From contig JANNWJ010000006.1 in the NCBI GenBank assembly GCA_031414755.1, forward strand, positions 32,863-96,862: a stretch of DNA of 64,000 nucleotides, read 5' to 3'. This stretch comes from Pirellulaceae bacterium (GTDB taxonomy: Bacteria > Planctomycetota > Planctomycetia > Pirellulales > Pirellulaceae). Below the pieces are notes generated by a model, which was not told the origin of the DNA, did no database searches, and saw only the letters and a program-made list of their open reading frames with translations. A program made the position numbers and the translations under genes. Of this stretch, positions 49,720-57,928 are shown one piece after another (positions within the stretch are counted from its first letter, which is position 1; each line of letters opens with the position of its first letter).

Positions 49720-49757
49720 CCCCGCAGACAAAATTGTTTGCGGGGTTTTCTTGTTTT
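49720..49757 (+). terminator. Rho-independent terminator after tRNA-Val
   Basis: CCCCGCAGACAAAATTGTTTGCGGGG (one mismatch in the stem) is followed by TTTTCTTGTTTTG. Confidence 0.75.
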
Positions 49758-49858
49758 GTGATGCGCCTTGCGCACAGACTGCCTGGGCTTGCTAATATAA
49801 AGCGAACGCCAGGACCAAACGTCTTTCTACTGCCGGCGATTGGAATGCACTTCCCATC

Positions 49859-51652
49859 ATGAACCAAACCAACCTTTCGTCTTTCATATTGTCCGTCGCC
49901 GACCTCTTGCGGGGCGATTACAAGCAATCCGACTATGGCAAGGTAATTTTGCCGTTCACCGTTTTGCGTCGCATTGACTGCGTGCTGGACCGCACCAAGC
50001 AAGCTGTCCTAAACGAGCTGGAAAAACGGACGACCGCGAAAGTCAACCCCGAACCTTTCCTTCTGAAAAAATCCAGGTGCCTGTTCTACAACACATCGCC
50101 CCTCGACATCAAAAAACTGATGGGAGATCAGGACAACATCCGCGAAAACCTGTTCGCTTACATCCAGGCCTTTTCGCCGGCAGTGCGTGACATCTTCGAA
50201 TGCTTTGACTTCCATACCCAGATCGAACGGCTGGCTAAAGCCAACTTGCTATATCTGATCACCGAAAAATTCGCCAACATTGACCTGCATCCCGAAGTTG
50301 TCAGCAACGAACAGATGGGGCACGTTTTTGAGGAACTGATTCGCAAGTTCGCCGAACTGTCCAACGAGACCGCTGGTGAACACTTTACGCCACGGGAAGT
50401 CATCCGGCTGATGGTCAACCTGCTATTCATCGAAGATGACGACGCACTTACCAAGCCCGGCATTGTGCGTTCGCTCTACGATCCGACTGCCGGAACTGGT
50501 GGCATGTTATCGGTGGCCGAGGATCATCTGAGCAGTCACAACCCGGACGCTCGACTGGTAATGTACGGTCAGGAATTGAATGCCGAGTCGTACGCCATCT
50601 GCAAAGCCGACATGCTGATCAAGGGGCAAGATATCAGCAACATCATTCACGGCAACACGTTGTCAGACGATGGTCTGCCGGGGAAGCAGTTCGACTATAT
50701 GCTTTCCAATCCGCCGTTCGGCGTCGAATGGAAGAAGATCCAGAATGCAATCACAAAGGAAAATCAACAGGAAGGATTTAACGGTCGATTCGGTCCCGGC
50801 CTGCCGCGAGTGAGCGATGGTTCGCTACTGTTTTTGATGCACCTGATTTCCAAAATGCGACCGACCAAAGACGGAGGCAGCCGATTCGGAATTGTCCTGA
50901 ACGGCTCGCCCCTGTTCACCGGCAACGCCGGGAGCGGGGAGAGCGAGATTCGCCGATACGTGCTGGAGAACGATTTGCTCGAAGCCATCATCGGTTTGCC
51001 CACCGACATGTTCTACAACACGGGCATCAGCACTTACATCTGGATCGTGACCAACCGTAAGCCCAGGAATCGCAAGGGCAAAGTGCAATTGATCGATGCC
51101 AGTGCCATGTGGCAAAAGATGCGAAAAAGTCTGGGGAGCAAGCGCAAGGAACTCAGCCCGGAACACATCGAAGAAATCACGCGCCTCTTCGGCGATTGCC
51201 AGGAAGTCCACGTCGATCCCGAGTCGCACAAGCCTGTGAGCCGCAAGGCGCTAGCCGCGGGTTCCCCAGCAGTCCCAATCAGCCGCCTCTTCAAGAACGA
51301 GGCTTTTGGCTATCGCACGATCACGGTCGAACGTCCTCTGCGCGATGAGTCCGGCAACATCGTGAAAGCCACGAAGGGGAAGCTGAAAGGGAAGCCGCAG
51401 CCGGACGCCAACCTGCGCGACACCGAGAACGTGCCACTCAGCGAGGACGTCGAGACCTATTTCAAACGTGAAGTCCTGCCGCACGCCTCGGACGCGTGGA
51501 TCGACCATGAGAAGACGAAAGTCGGCTACGAGATCCCGTTCAACCGGCACTTCTACGTCTTCAAGCCACCGCGCGAACTGGCCGAGATCGACGCCGAACT
51601 GAAGATCGTCACCGACCGCATCCTGACAATGATCGGAGGGCTGACAAAGTAG
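49859..51652 (+). CDS. hsdM: Type I restriction-modification system, DNA methyltransferase subunit M
   Basis: The HsdM N-terminal domain is [29 protein letters not shown]-like. The AdoMet motif is [11 protein letters not shown] and the catalytic motif is LSNPPFG. Confidence 0.95.
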   Translation: [597 protein letters not shown]

Positions 51653-51739
51653 CAGGCACATTCCATGTGCCGTCCGCCGTTATGATAATTTCAACCCACG
51701 CACCTGCGCCTTCTACTACGGCACATGGAATGTGCCGCC
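51649..51739. repeat. REP family 1 pair (palindromic core GGCACATTCCATGTGCC), forward and inverted copies
   Basis: GTAGCAGGCACATTCCATGTGCCGTCCGCCGTT lies at 51649-51681 and contains the hsdM stop codon. The inverted core lies at 51720-51736. Confidence 0.85.
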
Positions 51740-51765
51740 AACGGCAGCCACGAGGTCAACTAACC

Positions 51766-52080
51766 ATGAACAACTACGACGAACTGTTGAGTTCGGTGAA
51801 AGAACTGGCTGCCGGGCTACAAGCTCTCCATCGACTGGCGGTCGAACAATCGACACCCATCGTGGAAGGCATCTTGCGATCGCGGAGCCGTGACGTGCGA
51901 CACATCGAGCAGACACTGGATCGGCTGTTGGACCATTGCTGCTACGAACCGGCATTACTGCTTTATCGGCGTTTGTGTCGGCACTACTGGGAGATCGACC
52001 CGGTCGCGACGGTGAGCTACGTCAACGCCTATCGCGAACTCTGGGACAGCCCCGATGAAGTGCAGCCAACTTCACAGTAG
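51766..52080 (+). CDS. Hypothetical 104-aa helical protein bracketed by REP family 1 copies
   Basis: The ATG is at 51766. The stop TAG lies inside a second copy of the GTAGCAGGCACATTCC repeat. I recognise no motif. Confidence 0.4.
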   Translation: MNNYDELLSSVKELAAGLQALHRLAVEQSTPIVEGILRSRSRDVRHIEQTLDRLLDHCCYEPALLLYRRLCRHYWEIDPVATVSYVNAYRELWDSPDEVQPTSQ

Positions 52081-52182
52081 CAGGCACATTCCATGTGCCG
52101 TCCGCCGTTTTGATAACATCAACCGCCAGTAACCAACTCACCGTCAACCCAGGCTACGGCACATGGAATGTGCCTGCTACTT
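52078..52182. repeat. REP family 1 pair (forward core 52083-52099, inverted core 52158-52174)
   Basis: It shares the 33-nt sequence of 51649-51681. The inverted copy CGGCACATGGAATGTGCCTGCTACTTTGGA recurs at 53000-53029. Confidence 0.85.
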
Positions 52183-52192
52183 TGGAAAAACC

Positions 52193-53041
52193 ATGTTTGA
52201 GCTATTCGATCCAGACGCCGATGTGCGGATTGTAATGGGGACCAGTCTGCCGCATTGGTATCAACCGGGAGTCTCGTACTTCGTGACGTTCCGGACGGAA
52301 GACTCGATGCCAGTGGAAGTCAGTCGTCGCTGGTACGCTCAGCGAGCGGACTGGCTTCAGCGGCACGGGATCGCGATGGGAAATCGAAACTGGCGGGAGC
52401 AGCTTGATCGGATGGATGTCGCACTCCGGCGCCAGTTTCACGAGACGTTTTCACGGCAGTACCTCGAAGCGTTGGACAAGGGATATGGGGCGTGTGTGCT
52501 GCGTCAAAAGGAACTCAGTCAGATCGTGGCCAAGAGCCTGCTGCACTTTGACGGAGTGCGTTACCACATGGGCGATTTCGTGGTGATGCCGAATCACGTC
52601 CATCTGATGGTCTGCCTGTTGGGTGAGACGGACATCGAAGCTCAATGCACGTCGTGGAAACGATTCACGGCCAAGCAGATCAATCAGGAATTGCAGGACA
52701 AAGGCCGCTTCTGGCAGGAGGAGAGCTTCGACCACCTGATCCGCTCGCCGGAGCAGTTTGAAGCGATTCAGCGTTACATCGCAGAGAATCCGCGAAATCT
52801 CCGTCCCGGCGAGTTTCATTTGTATGAACGCAAAGTAGCAGCCCCAGTAGCAGGCACATTCCATGTGCCGTCTGCCTCTCCTCCCGCCGCCGTCGAAGCA
52901 TCGCCATCCGCAACAGGCGACGGCCCGGTAGCAGGCATTCTCCGAGTGCCGTCCGCCGAGTCTTCTTCCAAAAGCGAAGTCGCTCCAAGGACTGGCGACG
53001 GCACATGGAATGTGCCTGCTACTTTGGAGGACCGCCCATGA
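52193..53041 (+). CDS. REP-associated tyrosine (Y1, IS200/IS605-like) transposase, RayT-type
   Basis: YFVTFRTEDSMP, the HuH motif VMPNHVHLMV, and FWQEESFDHLIRS...YI..NP are present. The last ~65 codons (from ~52841) are encoded by REP copies, so the native C-terminus is uncertain. Confidence 0.8.
   Translation: MFELFDPDADVRIVMGTSLPHWYQPGVSYFVTFRTEDSMPVEVSRRWYAQRADWLQRHGIAMGNRNWREQLDRMDVALRRQFHETFSRQYLEALDKGYGACVLRQKELSQIVAKSLLHFDGVRYHMGDFVVMPNHVHLMVCLLGETDIEAQCTSWKRFTAKQINQELQDKGRFWQEESFDHLIRSPEQFEAIQRYIAENPRNLRPGEFHLYERKVAAPVAGTFHVPSASPPAAVEASPSATGDGPVAGILRVPSAESSSKSEVAPRTGDGTWNVPATLEDRP
52846..53029. repeat. REP family 1 cluster (forward core 52853-52869, a degenerate copy at 52927-52957, inverted core 53000-53016)
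   Basis: The cluster sits directly upstream of the hsdS ATG (53038). Confidence 0.8.
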
Positions 53042-54366
53042 GCTTTCCGAGATACCCGAAGTACAAGGACAGCGGCGTCGAATGGCTGGGCGAGGTGCCG
53101 CAGCATTGGGACGCTTTGACGTTGCGCCGCTGTCTGCTTGAGCACCGTCAGGGATATTACACCACAGATAACTACGTTGATTCCGGTGTGAAGCTTCTCA
53201 GAATTTCCGACCTGCGTGACTTTGGTGACGTCGATTTCTCGGAATGCCCACGAGTCGACAATCGGCAAGAGCTTGAACCGTTTCTACTCAGAGTATCGGA
53301 CTTCGTTTTTGCACGGACTGGCGGTGCGGGAACATTCGGATTGATAGGAGAATTGACGGAGCAGATCGCATACGCCTCGTACCTAATTCGGTTTCGGTTT
53401 GCGGGCGAGGCTCAGCCGAGATTCCTGCGGCACTACTTCTTGTCTGCGAACTTTCAGAACGCAGTCCGACAGAACATTCACGGCGGCGTCAACCAAAATG
53501 TGCATGCGGAGGACATCAAGAATCAATATGTCGCTCTGCCCCCGCGCGACGAGCAAACCAAGATCGCGTCGTTTCTTGACCGAGAGACGTCGAAGATTGA
53601 CGGGTTGGTGGGGGAGCAGCGGCGGCTGATTGAACTGCTGAAAGAAAAACGCCAGGCCGTCATCTCCCACGCCGTCACCAAAGGCCTGAACCCTCACGCC
53701 CCCCTGAAGCCCTCCGGCATCGAATGGCTCGGCGATGTGCCGGAACACTGGGAGGTGGTGCCATTGAAATACCTAATTTCGCTTTCAAGCGGCGGGACTC
53801 CGAGTAAAGAGAATTCATCCTACTGGGATGGCGACGTTCCATGGGCATCATCAAAAGACCTCAAGACTCCGGAGCTGTTCGACACTCAGGACCATATTAC
53901 GAAGAAAGCACTGGATGACCGTGCGGCGGAGCTGATTGCCGTCGGGAGCATTCTGACTGTAGTTCGGGGAATGATCCTTCTACACACGTTCCCCGTGGTA
54001 ATTGCGCGAGTCCCGATGGCAATCAATCAAGATCTGAAGGCGATTTCTCCCAAAGGTTCTATGACGGCAGATTTTTTAGCCTGGCTGTTGCGAGGTGGAT
54101 CGAAAGAAGTATTAAGTCGAACAGATGAGGCGGCGCATGGAACAAAAGTACTGCGTATGGACGCTTGGTTGGCGATGCAAATTCCCGTTCCGCCAAAGGA
54201 CGAGCAGCAAGATATTGTGAATGCAATTATCGAGCGATTGAAACAGCTGGACGCCCTGACCGCCGAAGCCGAGCGTGGGATCGAGCTGCTGCAAGAACGC
54301 CGAACCGCACTGATCTCCGCCGCCGTCACCGGCCAGATCGACGTCCGCGGGTTGGTGGTATCATGA
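53038..54366 (+). CDS. hsdS: Type I restriction-modification system, specificity subunit S
   Basis: There are two target-recognition domains, each preceded by (S)G(V/I)EWLG(E/D)VP(Q/E)HW. The conserved helical regions are EQ.KIASFLD..T.KID.L and [16 protein letters not shown]. Confidence 0.9.
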   Translation: MSFPRYPKYKDSGVEWLGEVPQHWDALTLRRCLLEHRQGYYTTDNYVDSGVKLLRISDLRDFGDVDFSECPRVDNRQELEPFLLRVSDFVFARTGGAGTFGLIGELTEQIAYASYLIRFRFAGEAQPRFLRHYFLSANFQNAVRQNIHGGVNQNVHAEDIKNQYVALPPRDEQTKIASFLDRETSKIDGLVGEQRRLIELLKEKRQAVISHAVTKGLNPHAPLKPSGIEWLGDVPEHWEVVPLKYLISLSSGGTPSKENSSYWDGDVPWASSKDLKTPELFDTQDHITKKALDDRAAELIAVGSILTVVRGMILLHTFPVVIARVPMAINQDLKAISPKGSMTADFLAWLLRGGSKEVLSRTDEAAHGTKVLRMDAWLAMQIPVPPKDEQQDIVNAIIERLKQLDALTAEAERGIELLQERRTALISAAVTGQIDVRGLVVS

Positions 54367-54441
54367 GCGGCAAGGCGCTAGCCGCCGGTTCTTCTACAGT
54401 CAGGCGTCAGGCAGGACCGGCGGCTAGCGCCATGCCGCTCA
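54364..54441. repeat. REP family 2 element (~78-bp palindrome), copy a
   Basis: TGAGCGGCAAGGCGCTAGCCGCCGGT-(loop)-ACCGGCGGCTAGCGCCATGCCGCTCA. The first TGA is the hsdS stop. Confidence 0.85.
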
Positions 54442-54453
54442 CAGAACATGCAC

Positions 54454-54564
54454 CTGACCGCCGAAGCCGAGCGTGGGATCGAGCTGCTGCAAGAACGCCG
54501 GACGGCTCTGATCTCCGCCGCCGTCACCGGCCAGATCGACGTACGCGGGTTCGTGGTATCATGA
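54454..54564 (+). pseudogene. Orphan duplicate of the hsdS 3' end (last ~36 codons), copy 2
   Basis: CTGACCGCCGAAGCCGAGCGTGGGATCGAGCTGCTGCAAGAACGCCG...GGTATCATGA is nearly identical to 54256-54366. It has no upstream TRD. Confidence 0.8.
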
Positions 54565-54630
54565 GCGGCACGGCGCTAGCCGCCGGTGTTTTCAGCGCTG
54601 GACGTTGGACCGCAGAACCGGCGGCTAGCG

Positions 54631-56214
54631 CTTAGGTTTACCCACATCTTTTTAATTTTTTTGCGATACGTGCACCGGCAAGCATCGCGTGGAGTTCGTG
54701 CCAGCCTTTCCATAATTTCTGCCAGCCTGGCGGATGATCGCTTTTTCGGTTTTGGTGACCACTGAGACGCGCCAAGGCCAACACAAATTCGCTGACCGTC
54801 CAATCCGTTCTCGGGTGGCCATGTCGCCAGGCCGATAGGACTTCCACATACTCGGTATCAATGTATTCGGTTGCAGGGCGGTCTTGGGTTTCTTCGCGGC
54901 GGCTATCGTCGCGGAGATTCAACAACGTGATCGCTGTAATCGAAGTCAACGCAATCGCCGGCTCCAGACGATCCGCATCAGTAAACTGGTAGCTTTCAAT
55001 GCTCATGCCGGTCTTGAGGCATTTGTGATATTCTTCCACAACCCATCTTTTTTCATACCAGCCTACGACTTCGTAAGCGTCTTCGAATGTCTGCACAGGA
55101 TGGTTGGTGATCAGGAACCATTCCAGCCGTTCCTGGCCGACCGGTGGATTGACTTCCCACACACGCACGACCCAGGCACAAACCGGGGCGGCTGTTTTCG
55201 ATCGTGAAACCTTGAGATGAACCGGGCCGCTGCTGACAGCCATCGTCGCCGTGCGCTTTTTCCGTGTAACATTCTGTTTCTTTCCGGTTCGGCCTTCGCT
55301 TTTGAAATCTGTTTTACCAGAAACCTGCAGCTCCCACGTGCCCATTTGCGGAAGTCGGCGGGCGTAATCATGAAGCTTCCACGATTTCGCCTGGCTATTT
55401 CCTCCGTGCCCCACCAAACAGTTCCGGTTGTTGCTCGAACGAATCACGAACGTCCGTCCACTGTTGGCTTCGTATTCAATGAACTCGGAAGTATCGGCTC
55501 CCCGATCACAGACATCGACCAGCTTGCGATCGGTCGGCAAGGGCTGGACTCCTTTGATCCACAACAGACTTTCGCGTGAGTCACGTTTCTGTCGCTCACT
55601 GCGGGTCTCCCCCTTTTTCACTTTCGGCCGACGATGAAGCAACTGGTTGGCAAGACCCACAGTCGCACCCGTTTCCGGACAAACGACCAGCGAATTCTGC
55701 GCGATGAAACCGCGGCGAAAGCCATTTCCGATTTGGCCGAGTTCCTCGGACAGCGAATACCGCCTGGTGTATTCCAGTTCCGTCGCGTCATGGATGACCA
55801 GCGTAAATCCGCTCCGCGAAGGAAACACCGTTTCAATCAGATACTGTTGATGCGCTGCGAGGATCGCCTGATGCGTTACCTGATCGCAGTCGAACAGTCG
55901 ATACATGGCTTTCAAGTCTTTCGGAGAGTTAAACTTTTCCGGTAAAGTACCGCCTGGCCGGTGAGCCATCCTGTCGGCAAGTTCCACCAATCTATCCGTT
56001 CGCCGCTTGTCACCCAAAACGGCATGGCCAAAGTTACGTTCACCAAAACTCCGTTCGTTTCCATTCATCGCATGTCCTGGGTGTTAGTTTTCAACACGAC
56101 CAATAGGGACAATCGCGACCCATGGTTCAGCAGGTCGCAAAAATATTTTTTGCTATCGCAAACAACTATCGAAAATTCCGCGTAAAATCACTACGACTTG
56201 TGGGTATACCTAAG
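54631..56214 (-). mobile_element. IS4-family (IS50/Tn5-like) insertion sequence inserted into a REP family 2 element
   Basis: The terminal inverted repeats are CTTAGGTTTACCCACA (54631-) and CTTAGGTATACCCACA (reverse complement, ending at 56214). The flanking direct repeat is GGCTAGCG(C), 8-9 bp. The two flanks reconstitute one REP family 2 palindrome. Confidence 0.85.
54638..56068 (-). CDS. IS4-family DDE transposase (Tn5 Tnp-like)
   Basis: LGDKRRTDRLVELADRM compares with Tn5 LGDPRRTARLVNVAAQL. The DDE candidates are IHDATELEY, VCDRGADTSEF and WVVEEYHKCLKTG. The C-terminal GWQKLWKGWHEL is like Tn5 SWGALWEGWEAL. Confidence 0.9.
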   Translation of the reverse strand: MNGNERSFGERNFGHAVLGDKRRTDRLVELADRMAHRPGGTLPEKFNSPKDLKAMYRLFDCDQVTHQAILAAHQQYLIETVFPSRSGFTLVIHDATELEYTRRYSLSEELGQIGNGFRRGFIAQNSLVVCPETGATVGLANQLLHRRPKVKKGETRSERQKRDSRESLLWIKGVQPLPTDRKLVDVCDRGADTSEFIEYEANSGRTFVIRSSNNRNCLVGHGGNSQAKSWKLHDYARRLPQMGTWELQVSGKTDFKSEGRTGKKQNVTRKKRTATMAVSSGPVHLKVSRSKTAAPVCAWVVRVWEVNPPVGQERLEWFLITNHPVQTFEDAYEVVGWYEKRWVVEEYHKCLKTGMSIESYQFTDADRLEPAIALTSITAITLLNLRDDSRREETQDRPATEYIDTEYVEVLSAWRHGHPRTDWTVSEFVLALARLSGHQNRKSDHPPGWQKLWKGWHELHAMLAGARIAKKLKRCG

Positions 56215-56249
56215 GGCTAGCGCCTTGCCGCTCACGAGGAGAAAAGTCC

Positions 56250-56726
56250 ATGATTGATCCCATCACCTACTTCATCACTTGGACGACATACGGAACCTGG
56301 CTGCCTGGCGATGCTCGCGGCTGGCGCAAGACCCGCGCCGGCAACCAACTGCCACAACCGCGACTCGCCGAGTGGTGCCGCAATCGGCTCTCCGAAGAGC
56401 CGGTCCTGTTGACCGAGAACCACCGTAACAAGGTCGAAGCCGTCTGCCGCAAACACGCTCAAATCCGAGGTTGGGTGCTGCATGCCGTGAATGCCCGGTC
56501 CAATCACGTGCATCTGGCGGTGGCTGCGGACAAAGCTCCGAAAGTGGTCAGAGATCAATTCAAGGCCAACGCCACGCAAGTTCTGAGAGAAGGCCCCGAT
56601 GCGATTGAGAATGAAAAGGTTTGGACTGCCGGTGGCGATTGTGAGATCGTTGATGGCGATGAGGAACTCGAACGTGTTGTTCAATACATCACTGAATCCC
56701 AAGACCGAATGGACCGAGAAACCTGA
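56250..56726 (+). CDS. Second Y1 (IS200/IS605-like, RayT-type) transposase-like protein flanked by REP family 2
   Basis: YFITWTTYGTWLPGD and the HuH-like motif SNHVHLAV are present, and YI..SQ lies near the C-terminus. The stop TGA is the first triplet of REP copy c. Confidence 0.65.
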   Translation: MIDPITYFITWTTYGTWLPGDARGWRKTRAGNQLPQPRLAEWCRNRLSEEPVLLTENHRNKVEAVCRKHAQIRGWVLHAVNARSNHVHLAVAADKAPKVVRDQFKANATQVLREGPDAIENEKVWTAGGDCEIVDGDEELERVVQYITESQDRMDRET

Positions 56727-56804
56727 GCGGCACGGCGCTAGCCGCCGGTGTTTTCACCGCTGGACGTTGGACCGCGGAACCGGCGGCTAGCGCCTTGCCG
56801 CTCA
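56724..56804. repeat. REP family 2 element, copy c
   Basis: TGAGCGGCACGGCGCTAGCCGCCGGTGTTTTCACCGCTGGACGTTGGACCGCGGAACCGGCGGCTAGCGCCTTGCCGCTCA. It is near-identical to the reconstructed copy b (54562-54630 plus 56215-56234). Confidence 0.85.
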
Positions 56805-56863
56805 CATTCCTTCACCCTCATCGTTGAGTTCGACTCGCGCGAGTTGGTCGATAAGGAGGCCAG

Positions 56864-57295
56864 ATGATTATTACCCTCAAAACAACACTCATTCGTGGCA
56901 TGTATTGCAAAGGTGACTGGTCGGCGAACATCGAACTGGACGAATCCTCCACCCTCGAAGACCTGCACCACGCCATTCAAGACGCAGTCGACTTTGAAAA
57001 CGATCATCTGTTCTGCTTCTTCTTGTCGCGGACTGACCGCAGCCGGAGTCGCGAGTATTTTGACGACGAAAACGGACTGATCTTCAGCCGAACACTGAAG
57101 GACACGTTTCCCTTGCCTGCGAAACAATCCTTGTTCTATCTGTTTGATTGGGGGGACGAGTGGGTCTTCAAAATCTCGCCGAGCAGGAAACGCCCTCACG
57201 AGCCGGTGAAACGTGTGAAGTATCCACGAATGGAGAGCGAATCGGGAACCAAGCCATCGCAGTACCCCGGATTCGACGAGGACGACGAAGAATGA
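56864..57295 (+). CDS. PRiA4_ORF3-like (IS1096 TnpR-type passenger) protein
   Basis: LEDLHHAIQDAVDFENDHLFCFF and YLFDWGDEWVFKI match the YDFGD-W-H-I signature of the plasmid pRiA4b ORF-3 family. Confidence 0.65.
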   Translation: MIITLKTTLIRGMYCKGDWSANIELDESSTLEDLHHAIQDAVDFENDHLFCFFLSRTDRSRSREYFDDENGLIFSRTLKDTFPLPAKQSLFYLFDWGDEWVFKISPSRKRPHEPVKRVKYPRMESESGTKPSQYPGFDEDDEE

Positions 57296-57303
57296 TTCCC
57301 ACC

Positions 57304-57371
57304 ATTGAGCTGCTGCAAGAACGCCGAACCGCACTGATCTCCGCCGCGGTCACCGGCCAGATCGACGTGCG
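57304..57371 (+). pseudogene. Orphan duplicate of the hsdS 3' end, copy 3
   Basis: ATTGAGCTGCTGCAAGAACGCCGAACCGCACTGATCTCCGCCGCGGTCACCGGCCAGATCGACGTGCG encodes [23 protein letters not shown]. Confidence 0.75.
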
Positions 57372-57425
57372 AGAATTTGCATGTCAAGTAAGGACTTGGA
57401 AACCTGGTTAAATCTCGATTCCCGA

Positions 57426-57602
57426 TTATTCGTCGCGGCGAATGCTTTCAGTCAGTCGCCAAACTCCTGTTGTCGGATTGGCGAAACCAGTCAGGTATTC
57501 AAACTCAGTAACCGCTCCTTCAGTAACAACCAGGATCACTGGCTTGGATTCCTTGAAGGGCGCTTTTCGTGCCGGTTTCCGTTCCCGATCTTTCTTATTC
57601 AA
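57426..57602 (-). pseudogene. RloB-like (restriction-linked ORF B) N-terminal remnant
   Basis: The minus-strand translation ...KPVILVVTEGAVTEFEYLTGF... matches the RloB N-terminal I-L-I-V-C-E-G-x-x-T-E-x-x-Y motif. It is truncated after ~58 codons. Confidence 0.55.
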
Positions 57603-57616
57603 GGCAAATCACTCCG

Positions 57617-57730
57617 TTACCCACGTAATGTCACCCAAGAACGGAATTGCACCATATGCGCGGCCTCCATCGATAATGCCTGCTCGTCTCGCAACGAACG
57701 GTAGTTCTCGACTCGAAATTCAATCAGCAT
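57617..57730 (-). pseudogene. AAA-ATPase (RloA/AAA_15-like) N-terminal remnant
   Basis: MLIEFRVENYRSLRDEQALSM is the typical N-terminus of RloA/OLD-type ATPases. The ORF stops after 37 codons, before any Walker A motif. Confidence 0.5.
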
Positions 57731-57928
57731 CGTCTTGATACCTTGATTTTGGTTCCCATGCTTTAGCCAGAAATGGAGGCCATCCATGCAAGTATACTGC
57801 GCAAATCGACGCCAAAACCAGCTCAAATACGAGTCTTATCGCATTTTTTGTTCAAAACCGGCATCCATGGCCACGGTTCTTTTCGTTAGAATCGCGGAAA
57901 CTGATCGAATTGGCTAGGTGTTGCCAGA

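Noticed and set aside
54165-54635. 156-aa ORF rich in R/A/P spanning the hsdS end and the REP copies
   Set aside because: It is read from an alternative frame across the hsdS 3' end and its duplicate plus two palindromic REP elements. The repetitive protein sequence mirrors the DNA repeats, so it is an artefact.
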